A stretch of DNA of 64,000 nt from Eledone cirrhosa (taxonomy: Eukaryota): NCBI GenBank assembly GCA_964016885.1, contig OZ024740.1:268584001-268648000 (forward strand). The letters are read 5' to 3'. This document shows, piece after piece, positions 1 to 12,227 of this stretch; position 1 is the stretch's first letter, and each line of letters opens with the position of its first letter. The notes under the pieces are model-generated. The model was not told where the DNA came from. It saw nothing but the letters and a program-made list of their open reading frames with translations, and ran no database searches. A program made the translations under genes and the position numbers.

Positions 1-759
1 AAAAAGAAAAGGCGACGTGATGGTTATCGTTGGAATGGCTGTGATCACATGTGTGTTCGGTCAAAATGAGTATTCAATAATCTAATATAAAACCAATGAT
101 TATATTTCGTATTCTATTTTAACACATAGAGTATTTGATGTAAATAGTTCCATCCACTGCTTCTGAGTTGATTGTCAAAGTGAAGTCTTACAAAAACCTA
201 GATATCAATTAAAAGTACAGGTAACTGTAAAGTTCGAATATAATTATCGTCTTTTATTCAATATACAAAAATTGCTGTCATGAAAGGCAATTGACATCGT
301 ATGAAAATAATCTAATAAATTATATGAAAATAATCTAATAAAAAAAAAACTTCTAAAAGGTAAAAGAAACAGAAAAGGAAGAAAAGTAAAGAAAATGAAA
401 GAAGGATCAACTGGCAAAAGAAAGGCAGCGGGAGGGACAATCACTATATCCCAATCTACGTGGTGCCTCAGCCGCGCCCCGCAGATAAAACTGCAAAAGC
501 TTTACCACGGAGAATGGCCAGAGACTCCAACTGTAGTTATCTGCCTAGATAAATCTAAAAATCCTGAAGCTTTAAAATTGAGCTTCAATTTATAAGTAGA
601 AATGTTTAATTAATAAGAATCAGAAAAATGATAAACATATCTATTACAAATAACAACAACACTACAGGTATTTAAAAATGGAAAAGGGTCACAGAAGAAT
701 GGGAAGGGGAAGGTGATGGGCTCTAGGCATTGGGCCCGGTGGTGTTGAAGCTGCACCCC

Positions 760-1005
760 GCAGGACAAGACCGCAAAAGAATTTTCGTGGACAATGACCA
801 GCTGCACCCGCAACAACAGTCACCTCATGGGACTCCTTCTTCAGACGGGCTGTTGACGTTTCGATCTTGCGGAGAAACTCGGCAGTATGGGTTCCAAGTA
901 CGCCTGAGGTCTCAACCGATGCGAAGAGGAAGTGGCCGCACAATCCCCAATATTTGTTTGTTTTCCCTTCTTCTGCATTTTGGGCTGCAGTACCGGGGTT
1001 TGTAG
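760..1005 (-). mobile_element. Degenerate 3' fragment of a CRE-like (RLE-type) non-LTR retrotransposon
   Basis: ORF pieces 'FLFASVETSGVLG...EFLRKI...ESHEV' and 'RVQLVIVHENSFAVL' resemble the F.P.A.ET.G..G / QR.S.AI.RGN C-terminus of CRE-clade ORFs; frameshifted. Confidence 0.5.
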
Positions 1006-1176
1006 TCAAAGCTGTCTAGTTGATGTTGTGTAAATTCCAATGAGAGAGTCATGTGTCTATGTTAGAAACCGACTCTCTCTCTATTGGAAAAAATCTGTGA
1101 AATTATTAAACCAGAAGAACATACATACATACATACATACATAAATATATACATACATTTTTATTATTATATTCCA

Positions 1177-1335
1177 GGGCGGTGGATTGGCAGTATCGGT
1201 AGAGGGTCGGACGCCACCATGCTTTGACGCATAGAGTTACGGCCCTTGCCTTACATCCTTATGGGGTCGATAAAATAAAGTACCAGTAATACACTGGTTA
1301 ATTGCTGGTCTTGTGCAAAAAGTAGAAACAATTAT
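1177..1335 (+). mobile_element. tRNA-derived SINE (major family in window), internally deleted copy
   Basis: GGCGGTGGATTGGCAGTATCGG head, CATCCTTATGGGGTCGATAAAATAAAGTACCAG central block, TGTGCAAAAAGTAGAAACAATTATT tail shared with more than 15 copies in the window. Confidence 0.8.
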
Positions 1336-1431
1336 TATATTCACTCTGCCTAGGCGTCGAGTGCTCATATTGATGCAACTAACAGTAATTCTCTGAATCA
1401 CCAACAATACATCTATCTATCTATCTCTCTC

Positions 1432-4400
1432 GGGTCAATGCGGCCGGACTTCTTCCATCGTCTGGAGACTTTTCTGGGGACGTCCCGCTCCTTGCTATTA
1501 GTGGGGGACTGGAATGGTATCCTAGATGCACGCTGGGACTACGTAGGGGCCTGCCCCGATAGAGAGGGGTGTAATAGCCTCAAAGGGTTAATCGGTCGAT
1601 TTGACCTGGCCGATAGATATCGACTAGATTTTCCGACTGCGCCAACCTGGACTTGGGCAAATCGTAGCGGATCATCTAGGTCGTACCTAGATAGGTTCTT
1701 AGTTAGAATTAAGGATAAGGACATTTTAAGTTGTCCAAAAATGCGCATGGTTGGCTATTCAGACCACAAATTAGTGACCTGCATGGTCAACCTTGACAGA
1801 ACTCATAGACAGGGCCCCGGTTACTGGAAGCTCAACTTGTCCTTGCCGGCAAGTAGAGCCTACAGGAATCGGATTAGTACGTTAGTTAAGGAACGGTTGA
1901 CTGGAGCGATCGTCAACAACAGGTGGTGGGTATCTCTAAAGAGAGAGATTAGAGTAGTCTCGATAGAATTTAGTAAGGTTCTAGCTGCGGATAGGAATAG
2001 GAAGGAAAGGGAGCTAATAGATAGAGTAGAAGAGGCAATTAGAAGCGGCGACGTGGCCAGAGTGCTAGCGTCGAGAACGGCTTTGAGCCAGTTTTTCGAC
2101 GCGAAGCACGAAGGCTGCGTTGTCCGAAGTAAAATACGTGCTCTAGGGAACGAGGGGACCAAAGCTGTTAGCTGGGCCCGCGTGACAGAGGCCAACAGTG
2201 GAACTAAATCCACCATCCGGTCTTTGCGAGACCTGGATGGACGGGCGATTCTTGAGCCTAAGCAGATGTGTGAGGCCTTTCAAAGGCACTTTGCCCGACT
2301 GTTCGGGAGGGGCGGGGAGCCGGTTGGGAACGTGGACTTCGGTCCATACCTCGACGGCCTGCCGCGCCTCTCGGACAGGGAGGCGAAGTCCTGCGAGGAG
2401 CCGATTTCGGCCGCTGAGATAGAGGACGTGCTGAGCCAATGCGGCAAACGCAAATCCCCGGGTCTCGATGGTCTTCCTTACGAATTATATCTAGCTATGC
2501 CGGACTTGTTCCCCGATCTCCTCGAGGCGGTCTACTGCAACTGGCAACAGAACGGGAGAATTCCCTGTACTGTGACCAAGGGCGTAGTCACGCTAGTGAG
2601 GAAGGACGAGAACAAGGGGGACGAAATAAGTAACTTCAGGCCCATAACTCTGCTAAATACAGAGTTACAGATTTTGGCCAAGGTGCTAGCAAAGAGGTTG
2701 GCGCTTGTCGTGGGAAACCTGGTGGGAGATGCGCAGACATGCGCTATCCCGTCCAGGTCCATCCATGACAACCTCCACCTCATGCGATACATCATAGAGA
2801 GGGTTGGGAACGAACCCGGCTTTGGTGGGGCTCTGATCAACTTGGATCAATCTAAGGCGTTCGATAGGGTCGACCATGGTTACCTGGATGCGGTGCTAGC
2901 GGCGGCAGGCTTCGGACGCGTTTTCAGGGGCTGGATCACTGCTATGCACAGCAGCCGCATCTGCTCTATGGTCAAGGTGAACGGCTACCTCTCGGAGCCG
3001 TTCAAAATCGCGCGGTCCATCCGACACGGGTGCCCTCTCTCTTCCCTTCTGTATGTGTTGACTCTCGAGCCACTACTGCGGAAGTTGGAGTTGTTGCAGG
3101 GCATCCCTTTGGAACCGGGATTGCGGAAAGCGGTGTCGGCCTACGCCGATGACGTGACAGTAATGGTGTCGACGGCCTCCGAAATCGAGGCGGTCGGCAC
3201 CTTACTGGAGGAGTACGAAAAGTTCACAGGGGCTAAGCTGAACCGGGACAAGTCGATCGGTTTGCAACTCGGCACGTGGAGGGGCAGACCGATGCCCTCC
3301 GATGGCGTCGTCGGACGCTGAACGGAGGGCCCGGTGAAGTTGCTCGGGGTCTGGTTCGGACCGGACCTCCAGGTGGAGAAAAACTGGGCGGAGGTTACGA
3401 ACAGGGTGTTTGCACTGACCCAGAAGTGGGCCAGTTGCAAACTATCCCTGAAAGGTCGGGCGGAGGTCGCGAACACCTACATAGCGTCCGTCATCTACTA
3501 CCGCCTGACCGTAGTGCCCTGCCCAAGGGAAACCCTCACCAAGATGGAGCGCGCGCTCTTCCAATTCCTTTGGAAGAGGCGGGCTCCTATGGTGAGGAGA
3601 TCCATCTGCTGTCAACACCCTTCGAAAGGAGGGCTGGGAATGCCGTGGCTAATGATGCGTAAACACGCATTAAGGCTACGGCACCTCTACGTATTCCTCA
3701 CCGGACAACCGGTGTGGGCCTCGTTTGTGAGACGAACCTTTCCCAGACTCGTCTCACTCACCGAGCTGCAATCCTGGGTCAAGCAAAGACCGAGAAAACT
3801 GGGCGCCTGGCACACTGAGTGTGCCCAGGCGCTCACCGCCCTCTGGCAGGCGGATCCGGTTATCAGTGGAGACTCCACCGCAACATTCTATAGAGGGCTG
3901 GTACGCAGCAGGTGCGACGACGCCCTCGGAGAAGCCCTAGACATGGAGGAGGACGAACTGGCCGGCCTGTTCGGTAGGACATTCAGCCCGGGACCTATGG
4001 ACAACTTCCAGAAGTCCCTGGCCTGGCAGTGCTACCGAGGAGCTTTACCCGTTCGAGAAAGGCTCTACAGACACGGGCGCCCGGGTAGGGACCCCGCCAA
4101 AAAGATCTGTCCCAGATGCGTGTGCGACGAGGAAACCGTTGCACACGCATTGGTACACTGCTCGGGCGTAGCCGATCTGTGGGGCTATGTCGAACAACTG
4201 CTGTCAAGGGTGGGACCGATCCGGTTGACCACCGAGTCTATTGTAATGATCAAGCCGCCTCCCCCCTTCAAAGATGAAGCAGAGGCGGTGTTTCTGTGCG
4301 TAATAGCCATGGCGAAAGAGGTTGTATGGTGGACGCGTCTGAAAGGACTGAGGTCAGGCACCTTTCTCTCTGGCCAACAACTGGTCCGTTTCTTCCGATA

Positions 4401-4843
4401 TCATTTCGGAAGAAGGATCAGGATGGAGAGAGAGGTGCTGCACCCCAGTCGTTTTTATGAAAGGTGGGTGAAAGTGGCGAGAATGGCCCGTGTGAATGGG
4501 CCTTCTCTTTACATAAGCCTGTAGGTGGAAAAGAGGAAGGAACCAGGGAGCACCCCCTCTCTGTGCTCCTGAGGAAAAGGGTTGCACACTTTTTTCGGGG
4601 GTGTGTGCGACCCCCCAAGGCGCCTCCTCTCTATTGAGGATTTTGTTATAAATTTTATTTTTTGTTATATTTTATAACAAAATCCTCTATTGAGGATTTT
4701 GTTATAATTCTATTTTTTGTTATATTTTATTTTATTTTTATATATTGTTATTGCCTCCTCCCTATTGAGGACGCCTTGTTTTGTAAACTCCCCCCATTGT
4801 ACTTGTCCCACTTTTGATGCCCTTGTGGCAAATAAAAGAAACA
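1432..4843 (+). mobile_element. Tx1/L1-clade LINE, 5'-truncated, with 3' UTR
   Basis: APE-RT-Zn knuckle ORF2, then a 3' UTR ending CCCTTGTGGCAAATAAAAGAAAC; flanked on both sides by TATCTCTCTC within TC/TA microsatellite (possible TSD). Confidence 0.92.
1438..4524 (+). pseudogene. LINE ORF2 (C-terminal part of APE endonuclease, reverse transcriptase, CCHC knuckle) with one in-frame stop
   Basis: Motifs GDWN, SDH, KSPGLDG, NFRPITLLN, DQSKAFDRV, GCPLS, AYADD, GGLG and CPRC...ETVAHALVHC. ORFs 1438-3321 and 3334-4524 are in the same frame, separated only by TGA at 3319-3321. Confidence 0.92.
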
Positions 4844-4867
4844 TATCTCTCTCTCTCTCTCCCTCTC

Positions 4868-4911
<44 letters not shown>

Positions 4912-6281
4912 TAGCCGTAACTCCTGATGGAGTCTTGCGAGTGCCGTAGTGATATACATCATTTTCTGGGAAATTTGTATACATGGCGTAGCGCACCTCT
5001 TCTTTATGTCTGAACACAACTGATTTCTTCCACAGAAGGAGAAATAGTGTGATACACAGGGAGCGAGAGAGAGATATGGAGGTAGAATTAACCCCAGTTT
5101 TTGACTAGTATCTTTTTATCGACTCCGAAAGCATGAAAGGTAAACTTGACCTCGGTGGGTTCTGAACTAAGAGTGTAGAAAGCCGGAACGAAAACCGCAG
5201 AGCATTATACCCGACGCTCTAACGTCTCTACCAATGCGTCGCCTGTGTTAGTCTTGAGATAACACAATTAAGTGTTTCCGATCTATTCATGTGTAGTGCA
5301 ATAGTTTAATATGTAATTGCATATGAGACTATTGACTTCTAGTATTTAAGTATGTTCTGATATTTACTTGCTTCAAATTGGTGGCAATCAATACTTTAAT
5401 GTTTCACTAGTCAACATTTCTATTTAAACATTGATTAAAAGGCACAGTACAAGAGTTAAGCTTCTGACCAGTTAACCTCGTTTCTAAATTTGCAACTATC
5501 TAATTTGAAACTTATTAACATTTGAACTTCAAAGCTGTCAATGATAATAATAGGCATATACAAATGTCTATTATTGTTAACGCTATATTTGATACATAAA
5601 TATCTACACACACAGACACACGCACACAGATATACACACACATATATATACACACATACACACACACATATATATATATATATATGAATTTTTCCTGTCT
5701 ATTCTTTGTTTAGTTATCAGTACACACATATATCACACTTACACAGCGGGCTCCGTTGTGTTACACAAACTGCTATTACAATTGCAGTACCATCTGTATG
5801 TGCGAAATTGCATTCCCCGCAGGGTGGCTGACGATGTAGCGATTCATTTGCCTGTATGTGTTATATAACTTTGTACATTTTCAACTGGTACTATATATAT
5901 ATATGAAGAAGAAATTATATATACTCCAGTTCTACCAACTGTTGAGTGCTACTTATCTGATATATGCATAGTTTTATTGTTCTACAATATTACTCACTTC
6001 CTATATATATATGCGCATCTGTGTGTGTATGCGCATGTGTGTGTGTGCGCACACACACGCACACACACATATATATATATATGTGTGTGTGTATGTATGT
6101 ATATATAATGTAGGTGATTCAGAGAATTACTGCTGATGGCATCAATATATGCACTCGCTGCCCATGTAGAGTGAATATATTAAGAAAAAAACTATGAAAT
6201 TTCGCTTGCATGTCTTTTATTGATCATCGACCTGTTATAACGAGTCGATAATCAATAAGAACATGCAAACGAAATCTAAAC

Positions 6282-6346
6282 CCTTCTTCTTCTTCTTCTT
6301 CTTCTTCTTCTTCTTCTTCTTCTTCTTCTTCTTCTTCTTCTTCTCC

Positions 6347-6409
<63 letters not shown>

Positions 6410-6414
6410 TCTCT

Positions 6415-6473
<59 letters not shown>

Positions 6474-6508
6474 AACATACATATATATGTATATATATAT
6501 ATATATAT
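6282..6508. repeat. Compound microsatellite (CTT)n-(CT)n-(TA)n
   Basis: Directly visible. Confidence 0.95.
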
Positions 6509-6685
6509 TAGAAATGTAAGTTATCGCCGTATTTTGACTAAAGAAATTAAACTCATCTTTTTCCATTTCTCCGAGGGTTCTTAACCCCACTATCAGGCTA
6601 AATAATTTCTTTAATATCTTTAGTCAAAATACGGCGATAACTTACATTTCTAATAATTAAAAATCCACTCGGTGTTTCGAAAATA

Positions 6686-6690
<5 letters not shown>
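6508..6690. mobile_element. Fold-back insertion (~45-bp inverted arms plus tail) in (TA)n
   Basis: TTAGAAATGTAAGTTATCGCCGTATTTTGACTAAAGA and its reverse complement at ~6617-6653, followed by a ~35-nt unpaired tail, with TA tracts on both sides. Confidence 0.65.
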
Positions 6691-6721
<31 letters not shown>

Positions 6722-6776
6722 CATACATACATATATATATATATACATATATATATACATACACACATATATATAT

Positions 6777-7134
6777 AAACGGAAAAAATGAAACGAAATT
6801 TCATTTCTCACTCTTAGTACGGATGTTACTTAAATATAAGTATGTATACGTACATACGTATATGTATACAGACGTTCAATCATCTGGCAGGAAGGTATAC
6901 GTTGCTGACGATAGCTAATAAGCTTGAAACTAGTACAGCGTTCCTTTGTCAGGGTTGAACAAAAGAGCAACGATGGTTGCTAGACACTGTACGGCTTAAT
7001 TCGGGATGTTTGTTTACAAACACACCGAGCATTATAATAAATGTTCGGTGAATCCATACGTACATATATATATGTGTGCATGTATGTATATATATATATA
7101 TATACATACTACTGTACGTCTGTATACATATATG

Positions 7135-7145
<11 letters not shown>
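6777..7145. mobile_element. Non-autonomous hammerhead-bearing element with inversion (retrozyme/pLTR-like)
   Basis: Inverted arms at ~6851-6875 and ~7116-7140; terminal hairpin AAATGAAA-CGAAA-TTTCATTT; the same terminus recurs at 27439-27492; TA flanks. Confidence 0.65.
6900..6940 (+). ncRNA. Minimal type I hammerhead ribozyme motif
   Basis: CGTTG-CTGACGA-TAGC TAATAA GCTT-GAAA-CTAG-TA-CAGCG; palindromic stem III ACTAGT, GUA site; stem I extends to 6873-6960. Confidence 0.8.
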
Positions 7146-7207
<62 letters not shown>

Positions 7208-7209
<2 letters not shown>

Positions 7210-7815
7210 TGGCTGCCAACTCGTTTTCGAGTACGGCCACTACTTTATATCCATGTAGGAGAACCCTACCGATGCGCTGAACGAGTGTGAATTTTTAGTC
7301 TAGCCAGCGACTTGAAAACTCTGGTACAAACACTACACGTGTGACAATTATTGACATATAGTGCTGGGCCCATGGTACCATGTGACGACAAGTGCAGAGA
7401 GATCTCCAGATATAAAGTAATGCCTGTGCCGTGAAGCTTTTATAGTGAGCAAAGGCACTGCATAAAGCCAGTCCCACTCTCTTAACCAAGATGATATTTA
7501 CCACAAAGAAGAACAAGTCAACATCATTGGATACCATCAGGGTTGTAGGTGTTATATAAGAGTTTTCCTTCTCCTAGATTTCTGCCTTGACAAAGGCTAA
7601 GGGGTCATTTCTCCCGGTGATTTTGGATGGCCATTGACTCTTAAGAGCTCCTTTTCCCTTTGACAGGTTTTGTTTTTAGTCCTGCAGGATGTCGAAAATC
7701 ACCCTCCTCACCCAGAAACCTTGGTGGGGTTGCCAGTTTAGTCGCCAACGACCCGACCATGGGACAGGTTGTACTGGGATACATGTTACCAGTAGCACCA
7801 ACTGATGACCTGACA
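7208..7815 (-). mobile_element. Non-autonomous RTE-derived element (5' UTR fused to 3' end), copy 1
   Basis: Minus strand has an RTE-type 5' UTR motif CTAGGAGAAGGAAAACTC, a terminal C2H2 remnant [22 protein letters not shown] and a 3' stem-loop CTCG-AAAA-CGAG; second copy at 12270-12878. Confidence 0.7.
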
Positions 7816-7882
7816 TATATATATATATATATGAAATATATGAAATATGAAATATAAGAATCAAAGAACTGTTCAAAACATT

Positions 7883-7935
7883 ATTGTGCTTACAGCCGTT
7901 TCCTCCAAACCGAGGTTTGGATTCTTCGGAGCAAT
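7883..7935 (-). ncRNA. Type I hammerhead motif (CCGAAGA core variant), left arm
   Basis: Reverse complement of the 11977-12030 motif, with one substitution in stem III. Confidence 0.65.
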
Positions 7936-9376
7936 TTATTAATGCATGGACAGTTATATGACCTCCTTTTCAGCCGAGAGACATACCAATACATATTCAA
8001 ACATTGATACATATTCAAACATTGTGGGTCAACATTCATTACAGAATTTAGAGTGGCAGTACACACTTCGAAATTACATTTATATTAATAGGTACAATCA
8101 AAAATCAAAGATATAGGTTAAAGTACAACATGAAGATAAGTGGTTATATAGTGCAAATGTTATATGTGTGGCACGCATGTGCGTCTTGTTTATATAGTGT
8201 GGCAGAGAGATATGTGTGGTAGAGGCACTTAGGTAGGTAAATAAGAGTGTTAGGTTGGTAGATCTGGTGGCAAAGTCTTTATATGATTGATATAGTCTGT
8301 GTGTGGAGAAATATTATAAGCATTAAAGATAGTGCAAGCATTAAAAGTGTTATAAGTATTGGAGATGCACAGCGCAGGGATGTCAAGTAATTCATGTACT
8401 TCGGCATTTTCATGGTCAAGGGAGTGTATATTTCGATTATATGCCTTTCACATAATCCACGACAATCCAGTTAGAGATCGTAGTCTGGTGTTCTTTAGTT
8501 CGATACAGGAGGTTGTTACGTTTCGAGAAACGCCATTGAATACCGGAAGTGTGTGTGTGGCTAAGGGGAGTTAATGCATGCGGGGAGGTAACTCTGGGGT
8601 TTCTATATCTAGCCATTAAAATGTGTCCCAATATAGACCCTAAATTCTATGGTGAGGTGCACCTTCCAAGAGAGACTTTTAAAGCATAAAGTGTACTAAC
8701 TATAGAGTAGTTTAACTAAATTATGCTGAAGGTGATCATATTATTATTAAGGTGGATTAACCCATCTTAAGGTGCTACAAATGGAAATTATAGATGATGA
8801 GCGAGGATTCTAAATTAATGATCTCTGTGGTTGTAGTCTGCTCATATGACCAGGCGCGGTGATTGCAGGATTGCTTCAGGACCCAATGATCTCTGGTAAG
8901 ATCTGGGTCATCGCTTGCTACATTGGATGTCGAAAGATAATCGTCCCCAGGCAGGCCAAAGGTCAATCCGCAGTCCTCGCGACCCCTCTCTGACCGTCAG
9001 ATCATCCATATACGTACAACCCGCACGGCAGTTGCATTGCATTCACTCACTGCGCTCAGCAGCCCGGTCCTACTGGTCAACAGCGCTACTCGATTAAATC
9101 ATTTTACATCTGTCTAAGGAAGGTGTTTCCTCTGCCCAACACCATCCAACCGATCAATTCATGCTCAAATTACCCTTAGAGCGGTGTAGTGCCGTCCAAG
9201 TGGGTGGATGTTGTCACACCTGCCGTAGAGGTATAAATGGGTATTTTCCCTGCGAAGGGTTCCAGAGGGATGTCGTTGTTTGTGTTATAATGGATCAGCT
9301 AGTGTTGGGTATGTAGTATAGGGTGTGTCTCTGGTGTTTGATGCTAGATGTGGTGTTAGGTTCCAGTCCGACATTG

Positions 9377-10834
9377 CTATATATAGGGCTTAAAGTTTTG
9401 GAAGGAATGTCTGAGGCGGTGCTGGCAAGTTGCAAACACCTCAGATTTTTTGTTAAGTAGGTTACGGTTGGTGAAGATAATATTGTGTGTCTCTAGTATA
9501 CAGAGGTTACAGAATTTATTAGGTGGTTTGTACGAGGTCGCGCTGCCTATCACTTCCCATTTGAGTGTGTATGGTTTATTTTTAGATTTTAGATAGTGTA
9601 TGTAGCTAGAAAGTGAGGTGGAGTTGGCTAGGCTGTGCTTTTTGAACGAGTGGATGTGCGAGTTATATCTGATTTTGAAGCAGTTAGAAGTGGAGCCTAC
9701 ATAGGTTTCTGAAGAGTTATTAGTCGTGACTGTGCATGAGTATATGACATCCTTGGTTAGGCATTTTTTATCTAAAGGGCAGGTTCTATTAGCTCTACAG
9801 TTACAATTATTCTGTGCGTTAGTCCGCTGGTTATAATGCAATGCGGAAGTCTGTGTGGTGGATATAGGATTTTGGGTGTTCGGGTTGACAACCCTGGTGT
9901 TATTACTTATACTAGTGTTATTTCTATTGTTACTGCCGTTGCTATTGTTGCTTGCTACAGTGGTATTTAGAGGGTTTGCATCCCGTTGTGATTTTGTTTG
10001 TTGGAAGAAAGAACTAATTTTACTATTATTGCTGCTAGCTATGTGGTATGCTAAGTTAGGCGTCGTAGAGTATGAGATTTTAATGGTGTTTTTGTTTAAG
10101 AGGTTGTGGTACTTGTGTCCTAGAGGGAAGTTTTTATCTAGTAGTGAGAAGAAAGCCCTAGGTATGTTGGTGGAGACATTTAGGTTGAAAGGAGGGTTGA
10201 AAAATGTATTATTTCTTCTTCTATTTTTGCTTTTAGTGTTTGGTGTGTTGCTTCCTCCTAAGGCCTCACAGTAGTTTCCATGGTAATGGTTACTTCCGGT
10301 GGCACCCTCCGCTTTGGTGTACTTGTGGTTGCTATTCCTATTATTAGATTTCCTCATGGACATGTTGTGCGAGATGATGTTGTAGCTATGTGTTTTCTTA
10401 GGTAGGAACTCAATTTCTATATTATGGCCGGAGCTAGCTAATGCTTGATTGTAATATTGTGAGTTTTTGCTAAATATGTTTGCGTCATAGGACAGACTAG
10501 AGATTCTATTGGACACCCCCTTAGAGATAGAGTTTAATATTGATCTAGGGTGATTAGACTTGGTATCTACGTAAATAAGTTTCTCATTAGGCTTATGGAA
10601 AGGTGTATATATTTTTGAGTCTAGGTATAGTGTGGCGTCTAGGAAGTTAACATTTTTAGTGTTTTTGTCCATGGTGATACTAAGGTTAAAGTTTTTGAAT
10701 GTCTTATGCAGTTGTTTTCTAGTTCTTTCTATATTAAATTTTTTATATTCTATGAGTAGAAGTGCATCATCGCGGTACAAACCACCGTTGAGGTAAGGGA
10801 GGTCTTTATGGATTTCATTGAGGAGGTATAGGCC
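9377..10834 (-). CDS. PLE RT C-terminal half plus GIY-YIG endonuclease (5'-truncated, uninterrupted frame)
   Basis: GLYRDD, NFLD, SNHP, ISYS, CNCRANRTCPLDKKC, VIY...YVG, RYNSH, CNLC...CQH. The first ~14 aa of the track ORF come from the inverted arm. Confidence 0.9.
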   Translation of the reverse strand, partial: GLYLLNEIHKDLPYLNGGLYRDDALLLIEYKKFNIERTRKQLHKTFKNFNLSITMDKNTKNVNFLDATLYLDSKIYTPFHKPNEKLIYVDTKSNHPRSILNSISKGVSNRISSLSYDANIFSKNSQYYNQALASSGHNIEIEFLPKKTHSYNIISHNMSMRKSNNRNSNHKYTKAEGATGSNHYHGNYCEALGGSNTPNTKSKNRRRNNTFFNPPFNLNVSTNIPRAFFSLLDKNFPLGHKYHNLLNKNTIKISYSTTPNLAYHIASSNNSKISSFFQQTKSQRDANPLNTTVASNNSNGSNNRNNTSISNNTRVVNPNTQNPISTTQTSALHYNQRTNAQNNCNCRANRTCPLDKKCLTKDVIYSCTVTTNNSSETYVGSTSNCFKIRYNSHIHSFKKHSLANSTSLSSYIHYLKSKNKPYTLKWEVIGSATSYKPPNKFCNLCILETHNIIFTNRNLLNKKSEVFATCQHRLRHSFQNFKPYI

Positions 10835-11976
10835 GACCAGTAGGACCGGGCTGCTGAGCGCAGTGAGTGAATGCAATGCAACTGCCGTGCGGGTTGTACG
10901 TATATGGATGATCTGACGGTCAGAGAGGGGTCGCGAGGACTGCGGATTGACCTTTGGCCTGCCTGGGGACGATTATCTTTCGACATCCAATGTAGCAAGC
11001 GATGACCCAGATCTTACCAGAGATCATTGGGTCCTGAAGCAATCCTGCAATCACCGCGCCTGGTCATATGAGCAGACTACAACCACAGAGATCATTAATT
11101 TAGAATCCTCGCTCATCATCTATAATTTCCATTTGTAGCACCTTAAGATGGGTTAATCCACCTTAATAATAATATGATCACCTTCAGCATAATTTAGTTA
11201 AACTACTCTATAGTTAGTACACTTTATGCTTTAAAAGTCTCTCTTGGAAGGTGCACCTCACCATAGAATTTAGGGTCTATATTGGGACACATTTTAATGG
11301 CTAGATATAGAAACCCCAGAGTTACCTCCCCGCATGCATTAACTCCCCTTAGCCACACACACACTTCCGGTATTTAATGGCGTTTCTCGAAACGTAACAA
11401 CCTCCTGTATCGAACTAAAGAACACCAGACTACGATCTCTAACTGGATTGTCGTGGATTATGTGAAAGGCATATAATCGAAATATACACTCCCTTGACCA
11501 TGAAAATGCCGAAGTACATGAATTACTTGACATCCCTGCGCTGTGCATCTCCAATACTTATAACACTTTTAATGCTTGCACTATCTTTAATGCTTATAAT
11601 ATTTTTCCACACACAGACTATATCAATCATATAAAGACTTTGCCACCAGATCTACCAACCTAACACTCTTATTTACCTACCTAAGTGCCTCTACCACACA
11701 TATCTCTCTGCCACACTATATAAACAAGACGCACATGCGTGCCACACATATAACATTTGCACTATATAACCACTTATCTTCATGTTGTACTGTAACCTAT
11801 ATCTTTGATTTTTGATTGTACCTATTAATATAAATGTAATCTCGAAGTGTGTACTGCCACTCTAAATTCTGTAATGAATGTTGACCCACAATGTTTGAAT
11901 ATGTATCAATGTTTGAATATGTATTGGTATGTCTCTCGGCTGAAAAGGAGGTCATATAACTGTCCATGCATTAATA

Positions 11977-12030
11977 AATTGCTCCGAAGAATCCAAACCT
12001 CGGTTTGGAGGAAACAGCTGTAAGCACAAT
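11977..12030 (+). ncRNA. Type I hammerhead motif (CCGAAGA core variant)
   Basis: TGCT-CCGAAGA-A TCCAAACC TC GGTTTGGA G-GAAA-CAGCTG-TA-AGCA; palindromic stem III ACAGCTGT. Confidence 0.72.
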
Positions 12031-12227
12031 AATGTTTTGAACAGTTCTTTGATTCTTATATTTCATATAACTGCTCTGTAAATCATCTGATGTTTTTACA
12101 TTGAGCTACTTAACTTACTGGTAATAAGGTAGTAATACATTACTGCCTACCACTATTTAGGGTGTGTGTAAAATACTTACAACTGCTTAAGGTTTTGTGT
12201 TTACATAACCATAAATAGTATAACTAA

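Noticed and set aside
3319-3321. Programmed readthrough or Sec at the single TGA in the LINE ORF2
   Set aside because: A TGG-to-TGA point mutation in a truncated copy is the simpler explanation; no supporting signal seen.
9377-10834. Selenocysteine recoding, known in some Naiad PLEs
   Set aside because: All visible conserved Cys positions in the three GIY-YIG ORFs are ordinary Cys codons; no in-frame UGA seen.
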